Assembly (NCBI GenBank): GCA_045587125.1
Contig: JAZNBN010000016.1
Span: 32,728-96,727 of the forward strand
Direction of reading: 5' to 3'
DNA length: 64,000 bases
DNA from: Candidatus Enterousia sp.
GTDB lineage: Bacteria > Pseudomonadota > Alphaproteobacteria > Rs-D84
Positions 45,285-55,444 of the stretch are shown piece after piece (position 1 is the first letter of the stretch; the number at the start of each line of letters is the position of its first letter). A program made the position numbers and the translations under genes. Under the pieces are notes generated by a model, which was given only the letters and a program-made list of their open reading frames with translations, was not told the origin of the DNA and searched no databases.

Positions 45285-47756
45285 ATGAAAAGATTTGTTG
45301 CGGTATTAAGTGGTTTATTGACTTTGCCTGCATTTGCGGAGGTTGTGCCGGTTTATTACGATGAAGTAATAGAGTATACAGAAGAAGAAATGCCAACCGA
45401 AGAAGTGGCAGAAACGCCGGCCAAGGTTGTACAACCGGTTTCTCAGCCGTCTAATGTTTCTTCTCGTTCTGGTGTAAACGGTCGTGCCGCATCACGTGTA
45501 TCTCCCAGTGTTCGTGGAACGACAAATACATCTGCACGTAGTGTAAATGCCCGTACGTCCAGTGTGTCTCGTAATGCAACTCAGGCTCGTACAGGGGTTC
45601 AGACACGTGCTGTAAATGCACGTACAACATCTTCACGTGCTGCGACTGTGAATAATTCACGTGTGGCACAACGTAATGCCCGTGCTGCTACAAATACGCC
45701 AACTGCGACTGCTACACGTCGTGGTGTTGCGACAGGTGGTGCAAATACTGCGCGTGCGGGGATTGTTCAAACAGATACTGTAAATGCACCATTGTACACA
45801 GGTCGTGTAAGCACACGTTCTTCTGCGGTTATGGCACGTGCGCCGGTTGTTTCTGCTATAAATAGTACAACCAGTACAACTGCAACAACAGATGCTGTAT
45901 CAACAATTAATCAAATTGATGAATTGGCACAGATGACTGATTACTGCAAAGCGCAATATACATCATGTATGGATAATTATTGTAATGTTCTGGATGATAA
46001 TCAGGGTCGTTGTACATGTTCCAAAAATATTAAAAATTATGAAAAAACAGAAAAAGCTTTAAAAGAAGCAACGGAATCATTGCAAGACGTTGCGCAACAG
46101 ATTCAATATATTGGTTTGACAGGTGACGATATTGAAACATTATTCACCCAGACCGAGGCCGAAATCCAAATGCAGGCGACAACTGATAATACCCAGTTAA
46201 AAAACAGTTTGGATTCAATCCGTGATTTAATAGTAGAGGTTAAAACAGGAACTGCGACATCCAGCGAAACAGGTTTGTCATTTGATTTGTCTGGATTGCT
46301 TGATTTTAATATCAGTGGCACTGGTTTTGATTTGGGTGCAATGTTTGGCACAAATACTGCAAACACTTCCAGTATCAGCAACCAACGTGGCGAACAATTG
46401 TACAAAACTGCATCTGCACGATGCAAGGCATCTGTATTAAACACATGTCAAAATCAAGGTGTTGATATATCTGTTATCACAAATGCGTATGATATGGAAA
46501 TTGATAAGCAGTGTATCGCATACGAACGCAGTTTGAACGAAGCCAACGACAACATGAATAATACAGTACGCAATGCAAAAACTGTATTGCAAAAAGCACG
46601 TTTGATGGTTTCGCAACAAAAGAATGCATATGACCTGCGTGGTTGTGTAAATGCATTGGATTCATGTATGCAAGATGAATTTGTGTGCGGCACAGATTAT
46701 GAAAACTGTCTGGATCCAACCGGTAAATATATTGTAAACGGTGAAATCGTAATGGGTTCTATGCCTGGATTGGCGGTGGACAGTACACCAATTGGTGCAC
46801 CATTATCAGATTTAACACAAAGTGGTCTTTATAAAACATGGAATTACGATGAAGGTAAAATCAACGCATGGTATGGTGATGGTTCTTTGGGTAATTACAT
46901 TAATGCGACTGTAAAGAATGCTCAGTCCGCATCTACATCGTCAACTATGTCTGAATATTTGTTGGCCAAGATTGGTTACATATCAGATGGGCGCAGTTAT
47001 GGTATGTGTTCATCCGTATTAAATAAATGTCAGATGTACACATTTGATAAAAATGGTAACTATCAACATGACAACATGGTTGTAAAAGAATATTTGGCAC
47101 GCACGATGACCCAGATTAAGGCGGCCCAAGATGAAATCTTGGCTGATTATGCGGGTGGTTGTATGATTGATGTTGAAACATGTTTGGGTAAAAACAATTA
47201 CGGCACAAACAATGGTTCTTATTCAAATGCTGCAATCAATGCATGTCGTTCCCAGATTGTAACATGTATGTCTGTAAATGGTGATGCAACCCAGGATCCA
47301 AATCCTGCCACTATCAAGGCTTGGATAGACAAGGCATACAATGAAACTGCACAAAATTGTGAAAGTACAGGCGGCGAATGGTCGAATGGCGCATGTAAAT
47401 GTGGCTCAGGTACGACATTGGGTACAGATGGTAAATGTACATCGGGCTCTGATACATCAGGTGAAACAGAAAATTGTAAGATGGTTGAATTGATCGGCCG
47501 AGATGGAAGTACGGTTGTCAAAACAATGTACAGAAGTGTTGATTCTGCTGCTTCGTTCTATTCAAATGATTCATGTGTTGGCACGACATCTTCGGTTCTG
47601 GTTGGAACAGAAGTTACTGGATTTGTGTTTGACGGATATTACACCACAAAAGATTTTGAAACACAATGTGTAGGAGGTACAGGTACATATAATGATAACG
47701 TTCAATGTGCCCCAACAACTGATACAAAATGGTATGGAAGATGGATTGTAGAATAA
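45285..47756 (+). CDS. Giant secreted protein, paralogue 2 (823 aa)
   Basis: Start ATG 45285 (AAGGGAGA SD; MKRFVAVLSGLLTLPAFA). Arg/Thr/Ser-rich region, the same conserved core as 30436-33957, and a single C-terminal GFVFDGYY...TKWYGRW module. Confidence 0.8.
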   Translation: MKRFVAVLSGLLTLPAFAEVVPVYYDEVIEYTEEEMPTEEVAETPAKVVQPVSQPSNVSSRSGVNGRAASRVSPSVRGTTNTSARSVNARTSSVSRNATQARTGVQTRAVNARTTSSRAATVNNSRVAQRNARAATNTPTATATRRGVATGGANTARAGIVQTDTVNAPLYTGRVSTRSSAVMARAPVVSAINSTTSTTATTDAVSTINQIDELAQMTDYCKAQYTSCMDNYCNVLDDNQGRCTCSKNIKNYEKTEKALKEATESLQDVAQQIQYIGLTGDDIETLFTQTEAEIQMQATTDNTQLKNSLDSIRDLIVEVKTGTATSSETGLSFDLSGLLDFNISGTGFDLGAMFGTNTANTSSISNQRGEQLYKTASARCKASVLNTCQNQGVDISVITNAYDMEIDKQCIAYERSLNEANDNMNNTVRNAKTVLQKARLMVSQQKNAYDLRGCVNALDSCMQDEFVCGTDYENCLDPTGKYIVNGEIVMGSMPGLAVDSTPIGAPLSDLTQSGLYKTWNYDEGKINAWYGDGSLGNYINATVKNAQSASTSSTMSEYLLAKIGYISDGRSYGMCSSVLNKCQMYTFDKNGNYQHDNMVVKEYLARTMTQIKAAQDEILADYAGGCMIDVETCLGKNNYGTNNGSYSNAAINACRSQIVTCMSVNGDATQDPNPATIKAWIDKAYNETAQNCESTGGEWSNGACKCGSGTTLGTDGKCTSGSDTSGETENCKMVELIGRDGSTVVKTMYRSVDSAASFYSNDSCVGTTSSVLVGTEVTGFVFDGYYTTKDFETQCVGGTGTYNDNVQCAPTTDTKWYGRWIVE
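45934..47384 (+). repeat. Inverted-repeat arm B (conserved core of the giant paralogues)
   Basis: See 31970-33417. Spurious mirror ORFs in the track (32906-33202 + and 46103-46444 -) translate almost identically, confirming high nucleotide identity. Confidence 0.8.
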
Positions 47757-48049
47757 ACAGAATGTCTTAGAGGCAAAGAATTGCGGTCAATAGTGGTGTA
47801 CAACCAGGTAAATTGGGAAAACTTCAATTTATTACAATGTCGGTTTGTTTCTTGATTCAGTTTGTTCATCATCGTTGACACAAGTCAGTCAGATTACCGG
47901 CTCTGTTGATAACTATTCGGGAATATATTCTATGAATATTACCACGGGACTTGTTTGTGTAGACGAAGATTTTATCTATCAAAATAATGCGGATTATTAA
48001 CCTGCATCAACCACTACAAGGTATGTATATTTTGATAAAGATAACATGT

Positions 48050-48079
48050 AAAAAAATTCCCAATTCGGGAATTTTTTTT
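48050..48079. terminator. Bidirectional terminator
   Basis: AATTCCC-AATTC-GGGAATT flanked by A7 and T8. Confidence 0.75.
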
Positions 48080-48518
48080 ATTTAACCTTTTGCAGGACGG
48101 CTGTAAATGTAGATTCTGCAACCTTTTTGCCCCCGACGGTCGCAATGCCGTGGAATTTATATAACTGCATCTTGGTTGTAATTAATTCAACATGTAATTC
48201 CAATTTATCACCTGGGCGGACCATGTGTGAAAATTTAATTTTTTCCATTGTTGTGAAATATCCCAACATGTCCTTGCGTTCTTCAGGGGACAGGCGTTTA
48301 AATGCAACAAAACATGCGGTTTGTGCCAATGCTTCTACCTGTAATACACCGGGCATAATTGGGTTGCCTGGAAAATGTCCGGCACACCAAAATTCGTCAT
48401 CACGGACATATTTTACACCAACAGCACTGGTATCACTGTATTCACGTACTTCGTCAATCATACGCATATTGCCACGATGTGGAATGATTTCTTCTATTTC
48501 TTTGATTCCAATAGTCAT
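48078..48518 (-). CDS. fabZ: 3-hydroxyacyl-ACP dehydratase FabZ
   Basis: 146 aa. HFPGNPIMPGVLQVEALAQ hot-dog active-site motif. Confidence 0.92.
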   Translation of the reverse strand: MTIGIKEIEEIIPHRGNMRMIDEVREYSDTSAVGVKYVRDDEFWCAGHFPGNPIMPGVLQVEALAQTACFVAFKRLSPEERKDMLGYFTTMEKIKFSHMVRPGDKLELHVELITTKMQLYKFHGIATVGGKKVAESTFTAVLQKVK

Positions 48519-48529
48519 TGTTTATACCG

Positions 48530-49573
48530 TTATTTCTTTGTGTTTTTACGTAACCATGCGTAATGGCGCATAAATTCAGTCCCTGGTCCCGCAGGGTATC
48601 CCATATATGTTTCACCATTTGGAATATTGCGAAATACGCCACTGTTTGCACCCACAGATGCATCATCACCAATATGCACACCGTTTGCAACACCAACGTG
48701 CCCACCCAACAATGCACGGTCGCCAATGACAACGCCACCCGCCAAACCAACACCACTGGCCAAAAAGCATTCTTGGCCAATAATAACACCATGTGCAATC
48801 TGGCACAGGTTGTCTATTTTTGTTCCGTTACCGATGGTTGTATCTGTCATTGCGCCGCGGTCAATGCACGTATTTGCGCCCACAGATACGCGTTCGCCGA
48901 TTACAACACGGCCAACATGTGGGATAAATATGTTTTTGCCATTTTGACGTGTGTATCCAAAACCATCTTTACCGATAACAGCATTCGCATTGATAACAGA
49001 TTCTGCGCCAATTGTTGCGTTTTCAATATGTGCGCCACTGTGTACGACTGTGTCACGACCCAATACAACGTTACGTCCAATAAATGCGTTTGGATAAATT
49101 TTTACCCCAGGTTCCAAAACAGCACCACGTTCAATTGTCGCAAATGGTGCAACATAGTTTGTTCTTTTTTTACGAAAGAAAACCCCACGTTCTATGTTTG
49201 CCTGTTTGCTGATGCCGAAACGTGGTCTTTCACGATAAATTTCACCCAATATTTTCACAATATTGCCACGTGGACTGTTTGTGATTAACAGTGTTGTGCC
49301 CGTTGGCGCATGTGATGCCATTTCTGGTTGAACTAAAATAACAGTTGCACGTGTGTTTTCCAACACAGACACAGGCAATATTTTAAATGCATTACTGTTT
49401 TGTTCTGTTGAATAAAATGCCAGTTGTCCTGGTTTTGCATCTGCGATGGGTGCGACCCCACGTACAATTGCGTTTGCATCGCCACGTAATTCCAGACCAA
49501 ACTTGGCCGCCAAAGCACCGGCTGTTGTTTTATTTGCCACCGGCATGAACAAAGATTTAATAAAATTTCTCAT
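48530..49573 (-). CDS. lpxD: UDP-3-O-acylglucosamine N-acyltransferase LpxD
   Basis: Left-handed beta-helix hexapeptide repeats throughout, with the N-terminal ...[34 protein letters not shown]. The start is uncertain: ATG 49573, ATG 49546 or TTG 49594. Confidence 0.85.
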   Translation of the reverse strand: MRNFIKSLFMPVANKTTAGALAAKFGLELRGDANAIVRGVAPIADAKPGQLAFYSTEQNSNAFKILPVSVLENTRATVILVQPEMASHAPTGTTLLITNSPRGNIVKILGEIYRERPRFGISKQANIERGVFFRKKRTNYVAPFATIERGAVLEPGVKIYPNAFIGRNVVLGRDTVVHSGAHIENATIGAESVINANAVIGKDGFGYTRQNGKNIFIPHVGRVVIGERVSVGANTCIDRGAMTDTTIGNGTKIDNLCQIAHGVIIGQECFLASGVGLAGGVVIGDRALLGGHVGVANGVHIGDDASVGANSGVFRNIPNGETYMGYPAGPGTEFMRHYAWLRKNTKK

Positions 49574-49636
49574 AGTGCACAGATTATAAATCAAAAAAAA
49601 ATCTTATGCCACATTTTTATGAATATGTTTTTTTAC

Positions 49637-49664
49637 TTGTAATTTTACGATTCGTATATATAAT
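49637..49664 (+). promoter_or_regulatory. Candidate promoter for nusA-infB
   Basis: TTGTAA-N16-TATAAT. The leader contains the hairpin GCGGGGTT-AAAAGAA-ACCCCGC (49693-49716). Confidence 0.45.
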
Positions 49665-49753
49665 ATGTACTGTTCTTAAATAAATTTTTAAGGGCGGGGT
49701 TAAAAGAAACCCCGCTCTTTCACTAAGACATCTAAACGCAAAGGAGTACATAA

Positions 49754-51301
49754 ATGTCTTTTGTTTCTATGCCACGTCAAGACTTATTGTTGGCCATTGA
49801 TTCTTTGGCCCAAGAAAAACAAATTGAACGTGATATTGTGATTGAATCACTAGAGGCGGCAATTGCTAAGATTGCAAAACACAAATATGGCGAAGAATTT
49901 AATATCGTTGCAAATATAGACCGTAAAAATGGTGCAATACATGTAAAAAGATTATTTGACGTTATTGAATCTCCAGAAAGTGCGGGTGAAGATTACAATC
50001 CAAACACTATGTTGACGGTGGCCCAGGCATCTAAGTATTCTGATAATCCATCTGTTGGTGATGTCGTAGAAGACGCTTTGCCAGAACCAGAATTTGGTCG
50101 TATGGCATTTCAAACTGCGAAACAAATCATGACAACACGTGTTCGTGATGCTGAAAAAGGCCGCCAATTTGAAGAATTCAAAGATAATATCGGTGATATC
50201 GTCAGTGGTGTTGTTAAACGTATTGAATTTGGCAGTATTTTTGTTGATATCAACGGCAAAGCAGAAGGTTATATTAAAAACACAGAATTAATCCCAGGGG
50301 AAAAATTGACTGTTGGTGATCGTGTTCGTGCATTGATTATGGACGTAGAACGTTCAAACACAGGTCCACAAATATTCTTGACACGTACACATCCATTGTT
50401 TATGGAAAAATTGTTTGTACAAGAAGTGCCAGAAATATACGAAGGTATTATTAAAATCAAATCTGTTGCACGTGCACCTGGGTCACACGCAAAAATTGCA
50501 GTTGAAACAAACGACCCATCTATTGATGCGGTTGGTATGACTGTTGGTATCAAGGGGACTCGTATTCAGCCTGTTATCAACGAATGTCATGGTGAAAAAA
50601 TTGACGTTATCTTGTATTCCGAAGACCCTGCTGTATTTATTGTAAATGCGATACAGCCGGCCAAGGTTGCAAAAATCATCGTTGATGAAGATACACGCAG
50701 TGCGGCGGTCGTTGTAAACGAAGATCAACAATCTTTGGCAATCGGTCGTCGTGGTCAAAATGTCCGTTTGGCATCTCAATTGACTGGGTGGAATATTGAC
50801 GTTATGAACGAAGCCGAAGAACAAGAAAAACGTGCAAAAGAATTCAAAGAAAAAACAGAACTGTTTATCGGTGGTTTGGATGTTGATGAAATGATTGCAC
50901 AATTGCTGATAACAGAAGGTTTCCGTACAATTGAAGAAATTGCATTTGTTGATATTTCTGAACTGGAATCAATAGAAGGCTTTAACCCAGAATTGGCATC
51001 TGAATTGCAGAAACGTGCCAAAGATTACTTGGAAAAAGTCGAACAAAATTATATGGACGAAGGCCACAAATTGGGCATGTCCGATGATCTGTTATTGTTC
51101 ACATTTGTAAAACGTCCTTTGATTATGAAACTGGGTCAGGCCGGCATTAAATCTTTGGCAGATTTGGCAGATTTGGCAACCGATGAATTGGTTGAAATCT
51201 TGGGCGAAGATACTGTATCCAATCGTTTGGCGGGTCGGATTATTATGAAGGCTCGTGAAGTTGCGTACAATATCACAGCGGACAAAAAAGAAGAAAAATA
51301 A
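49754..51301 (+). CDS. nusA: Transcription termination/antitermination factor NusA
   Basis: 515 aa. S1 domain (GDIVSGVVKRIEFGSIFVDING), two KH domains and C-terminal acidic repeats. Confidence 0.93.
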   Translation: MSFVSMPRQDLLLAIDSLAQEKQIERDIVIESLEAAIAKIAKHKYGEEFNIVANIDRKNGAIHVKRLFDVIESPESAGEDYNPNTMLTVAQASKYSDNPSVGDVVEDALPEPEFGRMAFQTAKQIMTTRVRDAEKGRQFEEFKDNIGDIVSGVVKRIEFGSIFVDINGKAEGYIKNTELIPGEKLTVGDRVRALIMDVERSNTGPQIFLTRTHPLFMEKLFVQEVPEIYEGIIKIKSVARAPGSHAKIAVETNDPSIDAVGMTVGIKGTRIQPVINECHGEKIDVILYSEDPAVFIVNAIQPAKVAKIIVDEDTRSAAVVVNEDQQSLAIGRRGQNVRLASQLTGWNIDVMNEAEEQEKRAKEFKEKTELFIGGLDVDEMIAQLLITEGFRTIEEIAFVDISELESIEGFNPELASELQKRAKDYLEKVEQNYMDEGHKLGMSDDLLLFTFVKRPLIMKLGQAGIKSLADLADLATDELVEILGEDTVSNRLAGRIIMKAREVAYNITADKKEEK

Positions 51302-51322
51302 TAAAACACAGGGGTGGCTTTT

Positions 51323-53728
51323 ATGGCAACATTGACACTTGGAAAATCTGTAACAACTGATGCAGTTCGCAGCAAAAAAGGCGACGCGGTCTTTGTAGAA
51401 CGTCGTCGTCGTGTTGTTGCCCCAGGCAGCAAAGAATTGCGTGATGAACCAACTGCGCCAAGCGCGCCAAAAAACGCAGCAGATGAAAAATTGCGTGCGG
51501 TTTTGGCGGCTGCCAAGGCACGTGAAGAAGAACGTAAAAAACGTGAAGCCGAAGAAGAGGCCGCACGTGCTGCACGTGCTGCGGAAATTGAACGCGAAAC
51601 ACGTGAATACGAACATGTCAAAGAACAATTGGCTGCACGTGAAAACGCACCTGTTGCGGATAATGCAGAAGAAAATGTTGCCACGCCACGTCCGCAAAAA
51701 CATGCATCACAACCAAAAGTTTTTACAAATAATGCCACGCCAAATACAGGGCGCAAAAATCGTGATAATGACGAAGATGACAATCGTTCTTCACGCTTTG
51801 GAAATTCCAAGAAAGATTTTAAAAAGACTGGAAAAATTCACCTGCGTGATATTGTTATGGGCGATGGCGAAGACGATGATGAAATCGGTATTCGTGGTGC
51901 AAACCGTCGCCGGTCCGAGGCTTCATTAAAACGTTTCCGTGAAAAGGCACGTGCGGTGTTTACAGTCCCACAAAAGGTTGAACATGTTGTGTCTTTGGGT
52001 GATACGATAACAGTAAAAGATTTGGCGGCTGCAATGGCTGAAAAGGTCGGCAATGTTATCAAAAAACTGATGGAAATGGGAATGATGGTTTCTGTGAATC
52101 AGTCTATTGATGCGGACACTGCGGAATTGATTGCAGGTGAATTTGGTGCGACTGTTAAACGCGTTGATGTTAAACCTTATGCAGATATTTTGGAACGCGA
52201 ACCCAACCCAGAATTGATGACACCACGTGCACCGGTTGTAACGGTTGTAGGTCACGTTGATCATGGTAAAACATCTTTGTTGGACGCATTCCGTAATGCA
52301 AATGTAGCCGCGGGCGAAGCAGGTGGTATTACCCAGCATGTATCTTCGTACGAAGTTAAAACAAAATCTGGTGCGATGATAACATTTTTGGATACGCCGG
52401 GGCATGAAACATTTACAGCAATGCGTGCACGTGGTGCGCAAATGGCAGACATTGTTGTATTGGTTGTTGCGGCAAATGATTCAATCATGCCACAAACGAT
52501 AGAGGCGATTAATCACATTCGTGCGGCCAACGTTCCATTTATTGTTGCGATAAATAAAATTGACTTGCCCGAAGCAAATGCTATGCGTGTAAAAACAGAC
52601 CTGTTGCAACAAGAGGTCCAGGTTGAAGAAATGGGCGGTGATGTTCAATGTGTTGAAATTTCTGCAACCAAGAAAATCGGTCTGGATAAACTGGAAGAAG
52701 CAATTTTATTACAGGCCGAAATGATGGAATTAAAAGCCGACGCAGAAATGCCGGCGGTCGCATACGTGGTAGAGGCGAAACAAGAAAAAGGTCTTGGGGC
52801 GGTTGCAACTGTATTGATGCGTCAAGGTACATTGAAAATTGGTGATGTATTTGTTGTTGGTGAAACATTTGGTCGTGTACGCGGTCTGATAAATTCTGCG
52901 GGTGAACGTGTAAAATCTGTCCGTCCGGGTCAACCTGCGGTTGTTTTGGGATTAAATTCTGTCCCAGGTGCAGGTGATGAATTGCGTGTTATGGAGTCTG
53001 AGGCCCAAACACGCGAAGTTGCGGCATATCGTGCACAAAAAACCAAGGACAAAGCAAATGCAGTTAAACGTTCTTCTTTGGAAGAATTGTTTGCAAAACG
53101 TGATGATAATAAAAAGTTAATTTTGCCAATCATTTTACGTGCAGACGTTCAAGGTTCTGTTGAGGCGATTACAGACATGGTCAAAGACATTGCCACAGAC
53201 AAAGTTGGTGTTGAAATATTGTCTTCTGGGGTTGGTCAAATTACCGAAGGTGATATACGTTTGGCAACGGCATCTGGTGCGGTGATAATTGCATTTAACG
53301 TTCGTGCAGATTCTGTTGTTCGTGATATGGCACGCAGCAATGGTGTTGATATCAGATATCACAGTGTTGTATATCGCATCACAGATGAAATCAAAGAAAT
53401 ACTGTCTGGTAAATTGGCACCTGAAAAGCGTGAAACATTTATCGGATACGCAGACGTTATTGCATTGTTCACAGTGGGCAAAGGCGTACGTGTTGCCGGT
53501 TGTCGCATGACCGAAGGCACGGTTAAAAAAGATGCGTTTGTACGTCTGTTGCGTAACAACGTTGTAATATATGACGGAAAAATCGGACAATTACGTCGTG
53601 AAAAGAACGAAGTAAAAGAAGTATCTGGTGGCGTTGAATTTGGTATGTCTTTTGATAAGTATAATGACTTAAAAGAAGGCGACCGTGTTGAATGTTACGA
53701 GGTTGAAGAAATCCGTGCACAAATATAA
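51323..53728 (+). CDS. infB: Translation initiation factor IF-2
   Basis: Start probably ATG 51323 (the ORF opens with GTG at 51314). G-domain [25 protein letters not shown] and NKIDL. Confidence 0.95.
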   Translation: MATLTLGKSVTTDAVRSKKGDAVFVERRRRVVAPGSKELRDEPTAPSAPKNAADEKLRAVLAAAKAREEERKKREAEEEAARAARAAEIERETREYEHVKEQLAARENAPVADNAEENVATPRPQKHASQPKVFTNNATPNTGRKNRDNDEDDNRSSRFGNSKKDFKKTGKIHLRDIVMGDGEDDDEIGIRGANRRRSEASLKRFREKARAVFTVPQKVEHVVSLGDTITVKDLAAAMAEKVGNVIKKLMEMGMMVSVNQSIDADTAELIAGEFGATVKRVDVKPYADILEREPNPELMTPRAPVVTVVGHVDHGKTSLLDAFRNANVAAGEAGGITQHVSSYEVKTKSGAMITFLDTPGHETFTAMRARGAQMADIVVLVVAANDSIMPQTIEAINHIRAANVPFIVAINKIDLPEANAMRVKTDLLQQEVQVEEMGGDVQCVEISATKKIGLDKLEEAILLQAEMMELKADAEMPAVAYVVEAKQEKGLGAVATVLMRQGTLKIGDVFVVGETFGRVRGLINSAGERVKSVRPGQPAVVLGLNSVPGAGDELRVMESEAQTREVAAYRAQKTKDKANAVKRSSLEELFAKRDDNKKLILPIILRADVQGSVEAITDMVKDIATDKVGVEILSSGVGQITEGDIRLATASGAVIIAFNVRADSVVRDMARSNGVDIRYHSVVYRITDEIKEILSGKLAPEKRETFIGYADVIALFTVGKGVRVAGCRMTEGTVKKDAFVRLLRNNVVIYDGKIGQLRREKNEVKEVSGGVEFGMSFDKYNDLKEGDRVECYEVEEIRAQI

Positions 53729-53752
53729 AAAATCCCCCTTGTGGGGATTTTT
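53727..53752 (+). terminator. Rho-independent terminator after infB (5' edge of cassette 2)
   Basis: AAAAATCCCC-CTTGT-GGGGATTTTT. Confidence 0.7.
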
Positions 53753-53819
53753 AATTTATGATATAATTCACGTAACAGGGAAAAACGAAGGAAAAAATGA
53801 TAAAATTCCGCAGAAATCT

Positions 53820-53833
53820 AGAGAGAGAGAGAG
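53820..53833 (+). repeat. (AG)7 dinucleotide tract
   Basis: Counted directly. Paralogous to the (AG)12 tract at 24130-24153. Confidence 0.95.
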
Positions 53834-53876
53834 TTAAAAACAAATTTTAACGCAAACTACGTTTGCGGTAATGAAT

Positions 53877-53922
53877 AATCACCTTAATGGCATGTCGTGC
53901 CATTAAGGTGATTATTTTTTTA
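53877..53922 (+). terminator. Leader terminator hairpin, copy 2
   Basis: Perfect 16-bp stem AATCACCTTAATGGCA / TGCCATTAAGGTGATT, 5-nt loop, then ATTTTTTT. Ends 20 nt before the start codon. Confidence 0.6.
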
Positions 53923-53941
53923 TAACGAAAAGGAAAGGGAA

Positions 53942-55321
53942 ATGAAAAAATATTTTTTTACAACAGCAATTATTATGGCGACATTCGGCGCATTTGGTGC
54001 GAACGGCACAATTACGGGCGGTGCGGGAACATGTACTTTTGACGTATTGGGTGTATCGGACAATAACGCAACCGCAAATACAATCGCAACATGGACATTG
54101 AACGAATATGAATGCGGTGCTGGTCAATATTTATTAAATTCAGATGGAACATTGAAATGCACAGAATGTCCGGTTGGTTCATATTGCCCGGGTGGTAAAT
54201 TCACGGTTGAATCTGAAAACAATGGTACAAACGCATGTCCAACAGATTATACATCGGACGCGGGTGCAGTGGGTGAAAACGAATGTTATATAGGTTGCGA
54301 ATTGTCTTGCAGTACGAACGTAGAATGTCCACCGCATTCCAATAATTGTACACACAGTGAATTTAAAACCACCGGCAAACAATTTGCGGGCGGCACCTGT
54401 AATGCATACCCCAGTGTGTGCCCAATCAATGATTTTCAGTGCGACACGGGGTATAGTAAAACGGAAATGACATTGGATGAGTTTGAAGAGCTGGCGAAGG
54501 CAGATAATGGTTCAGGTCTAATACTTGAGTGTCCCTTGTCTGGAAACGGTTTGTCAGAGAATGATAATATAGACGATTGTAAATTTTTACGTCCCGGTGA
54601 AATTATGATACTTTCCGGCAAATTTTATGCTATTTTTATTGAGGTGGCTTTGAATGATTATTCGATTGATACACCAGGTATTGTGACAAAAAAAATACAA
54701 CAAGTTTCACCGTACGATGATGAGTATGTTACGTTCGCATATTTACCAAATGCGAATTTTAATCTTGGGGGTAATGGACAACAAATGTGGGCAAGGTATT
54801 CAAAAGTCGCTATTCCGGGGCCCGACACAATGGTTTATTTAGGAATGGCGGAACAAGGGTTTGAAACAGAAGACGAAATGATGGTTTATCTGCAACAAAA
54901 TTTATCCCCAGCCGCATGGGAAAGTTTTAATTCTTTAATGACTCGGGGAGATCAAGAATCTATGTTTGAATGGATGTTATCTACAATGAATATTATTTCA
55001 GTAGACATGCCTTGGGTGACTTCGGATAAACAAGAGTATTTGCAATCTCTTGAAACCAAGTTGTATTCTGTGGTGATACTTGATGCGTTCGGAGATGAAC
55101 ACGTAAGCGAAGACTTTATGAAAGATTTAGAAGAATCAAGAAATTCAGTATCGTACTGTGCAGCCAACACAATCAATATTGATTGGAACCCAGATAATAA
55201 TGGCGAACATATCAAAAATATGTGTACGTATGATGGCAGTATTACTGTTCCATCCGATCCAGTTAAACCAGGGTATACATTTACCGGTTGGAAGTTACTG
55301 GAAGAAACCACAACCGAATAA
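53942..55321 (+). CDS. Secreted Cys-rich modular protein with C-terminal GYTFTGW module (family member)
   Basis: Signal peptide MKKYFFTTAIIMATFGAFG. N-terminal module GAGTCTFDVLGVSDNNATANTIATW...CPVGSYCPGGKFTVE. Unique ~260-aa centre. C-terminal NTINIDWNPDNNGEHIKNMCTYDGSITVPSDPVKPGYTFTGWKLLE. Confidence 0.8.
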   Translation: MKKYFFTTAIIMATFGAFGANGTITGGAGTCTFDVLGVSDNNATANTIATWTLNEYECGAGQYLLNSDGTLKCTECPVGSYCPGGKFTVESENNGTNACPTDYTSDAGAVGENECYIGCELSCSTNVECPPHSNNCTHSEFKTTGKQFAGGTCNAYPSVCPINDFQCDTGYSKTEMTLDEFEELAKADNGSGLILECPLSGNGLSENDNIDDCKFLRPGEIMILSGKFYAIFIEVALNDYSIDTPGIVTKKIQQVSPYDDEYVTFAYLPNANFNLGGNGQQMWARYSKVAIPGPDTMVYLGMAEQGFETEDEMMVYLQQNLSPAAWESFNSLMTRGDQESMFEWMLSTMNIISVDMPWVTSDKQEYLQSLETKLYSVVILDAFGDEHVSEDFMKDLEESRNSVSYCAANTINIDWNPDNNGEHIKNMCTYDGSITVPSDPVKPGYTFTGWKLLEETTTE

Positions 55322-55346
55322 TATTCAGTTTCATCTTCCTGAACCT

Positions 55347-55373
55347 GAAATCCCCCAAGTGGGGGATTTTTTT
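55347..55373 (+). terminator. Rho-independent terminator (3' edge of cassette 2)
   Basis: GAAATCCCCC-AAGT-GGGGGATTTTTTT. Confidence 0.7.
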
Positions 55374-55444
55374 GCGTTTGTAATTTTTTTGTTAAATATC
55401 TATAATGCGTGTGTCCAATATATAAATACCAAGGAAAAAAAGAA

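Larger units (their letters stand above)
53753..53941 (+). promoter_or_regulatory. Leader/regulatory region, copy 2
   Basis: Colinear with 24065-24240. TGATAAAAT (53808-53816), (AG)7, palindrome GCAAAC-TAC-GTTTGC (53852-53866), strong terminator hairpin (53877-53922), SD AAAGGAAAGGG. Confidence 0.55.

Noticed and set aside
47757-48049. About 290 nt of ORF-free sequence after giant paralogue 2, considered as decayed remnants of the extra C-terminal repeats present in paralogue 1
   Set aside because: Hand comparison with the 3' end of paralogue 1, at both nucleotide and translated levels, showed no convincing similarity. No call is made.
48563-49288. 241-aa ORF on the plus strand opposite lpxD
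   Set aside because: The hexapeptide-repeat coding sequence of lpxD generates long stop-free antisense frames. The product is Cys/Thr/Asn-rich low-complexity sequence, and lpxD is clearly the real gene.
51092-51810. 203-aa and 224-aa ORFs antisense to the infB 5' region
   Set aside because: They mirror the Ala/Glu/Arg-rich low-complexity N-terminus of IF-2. They are shadow ORFs.
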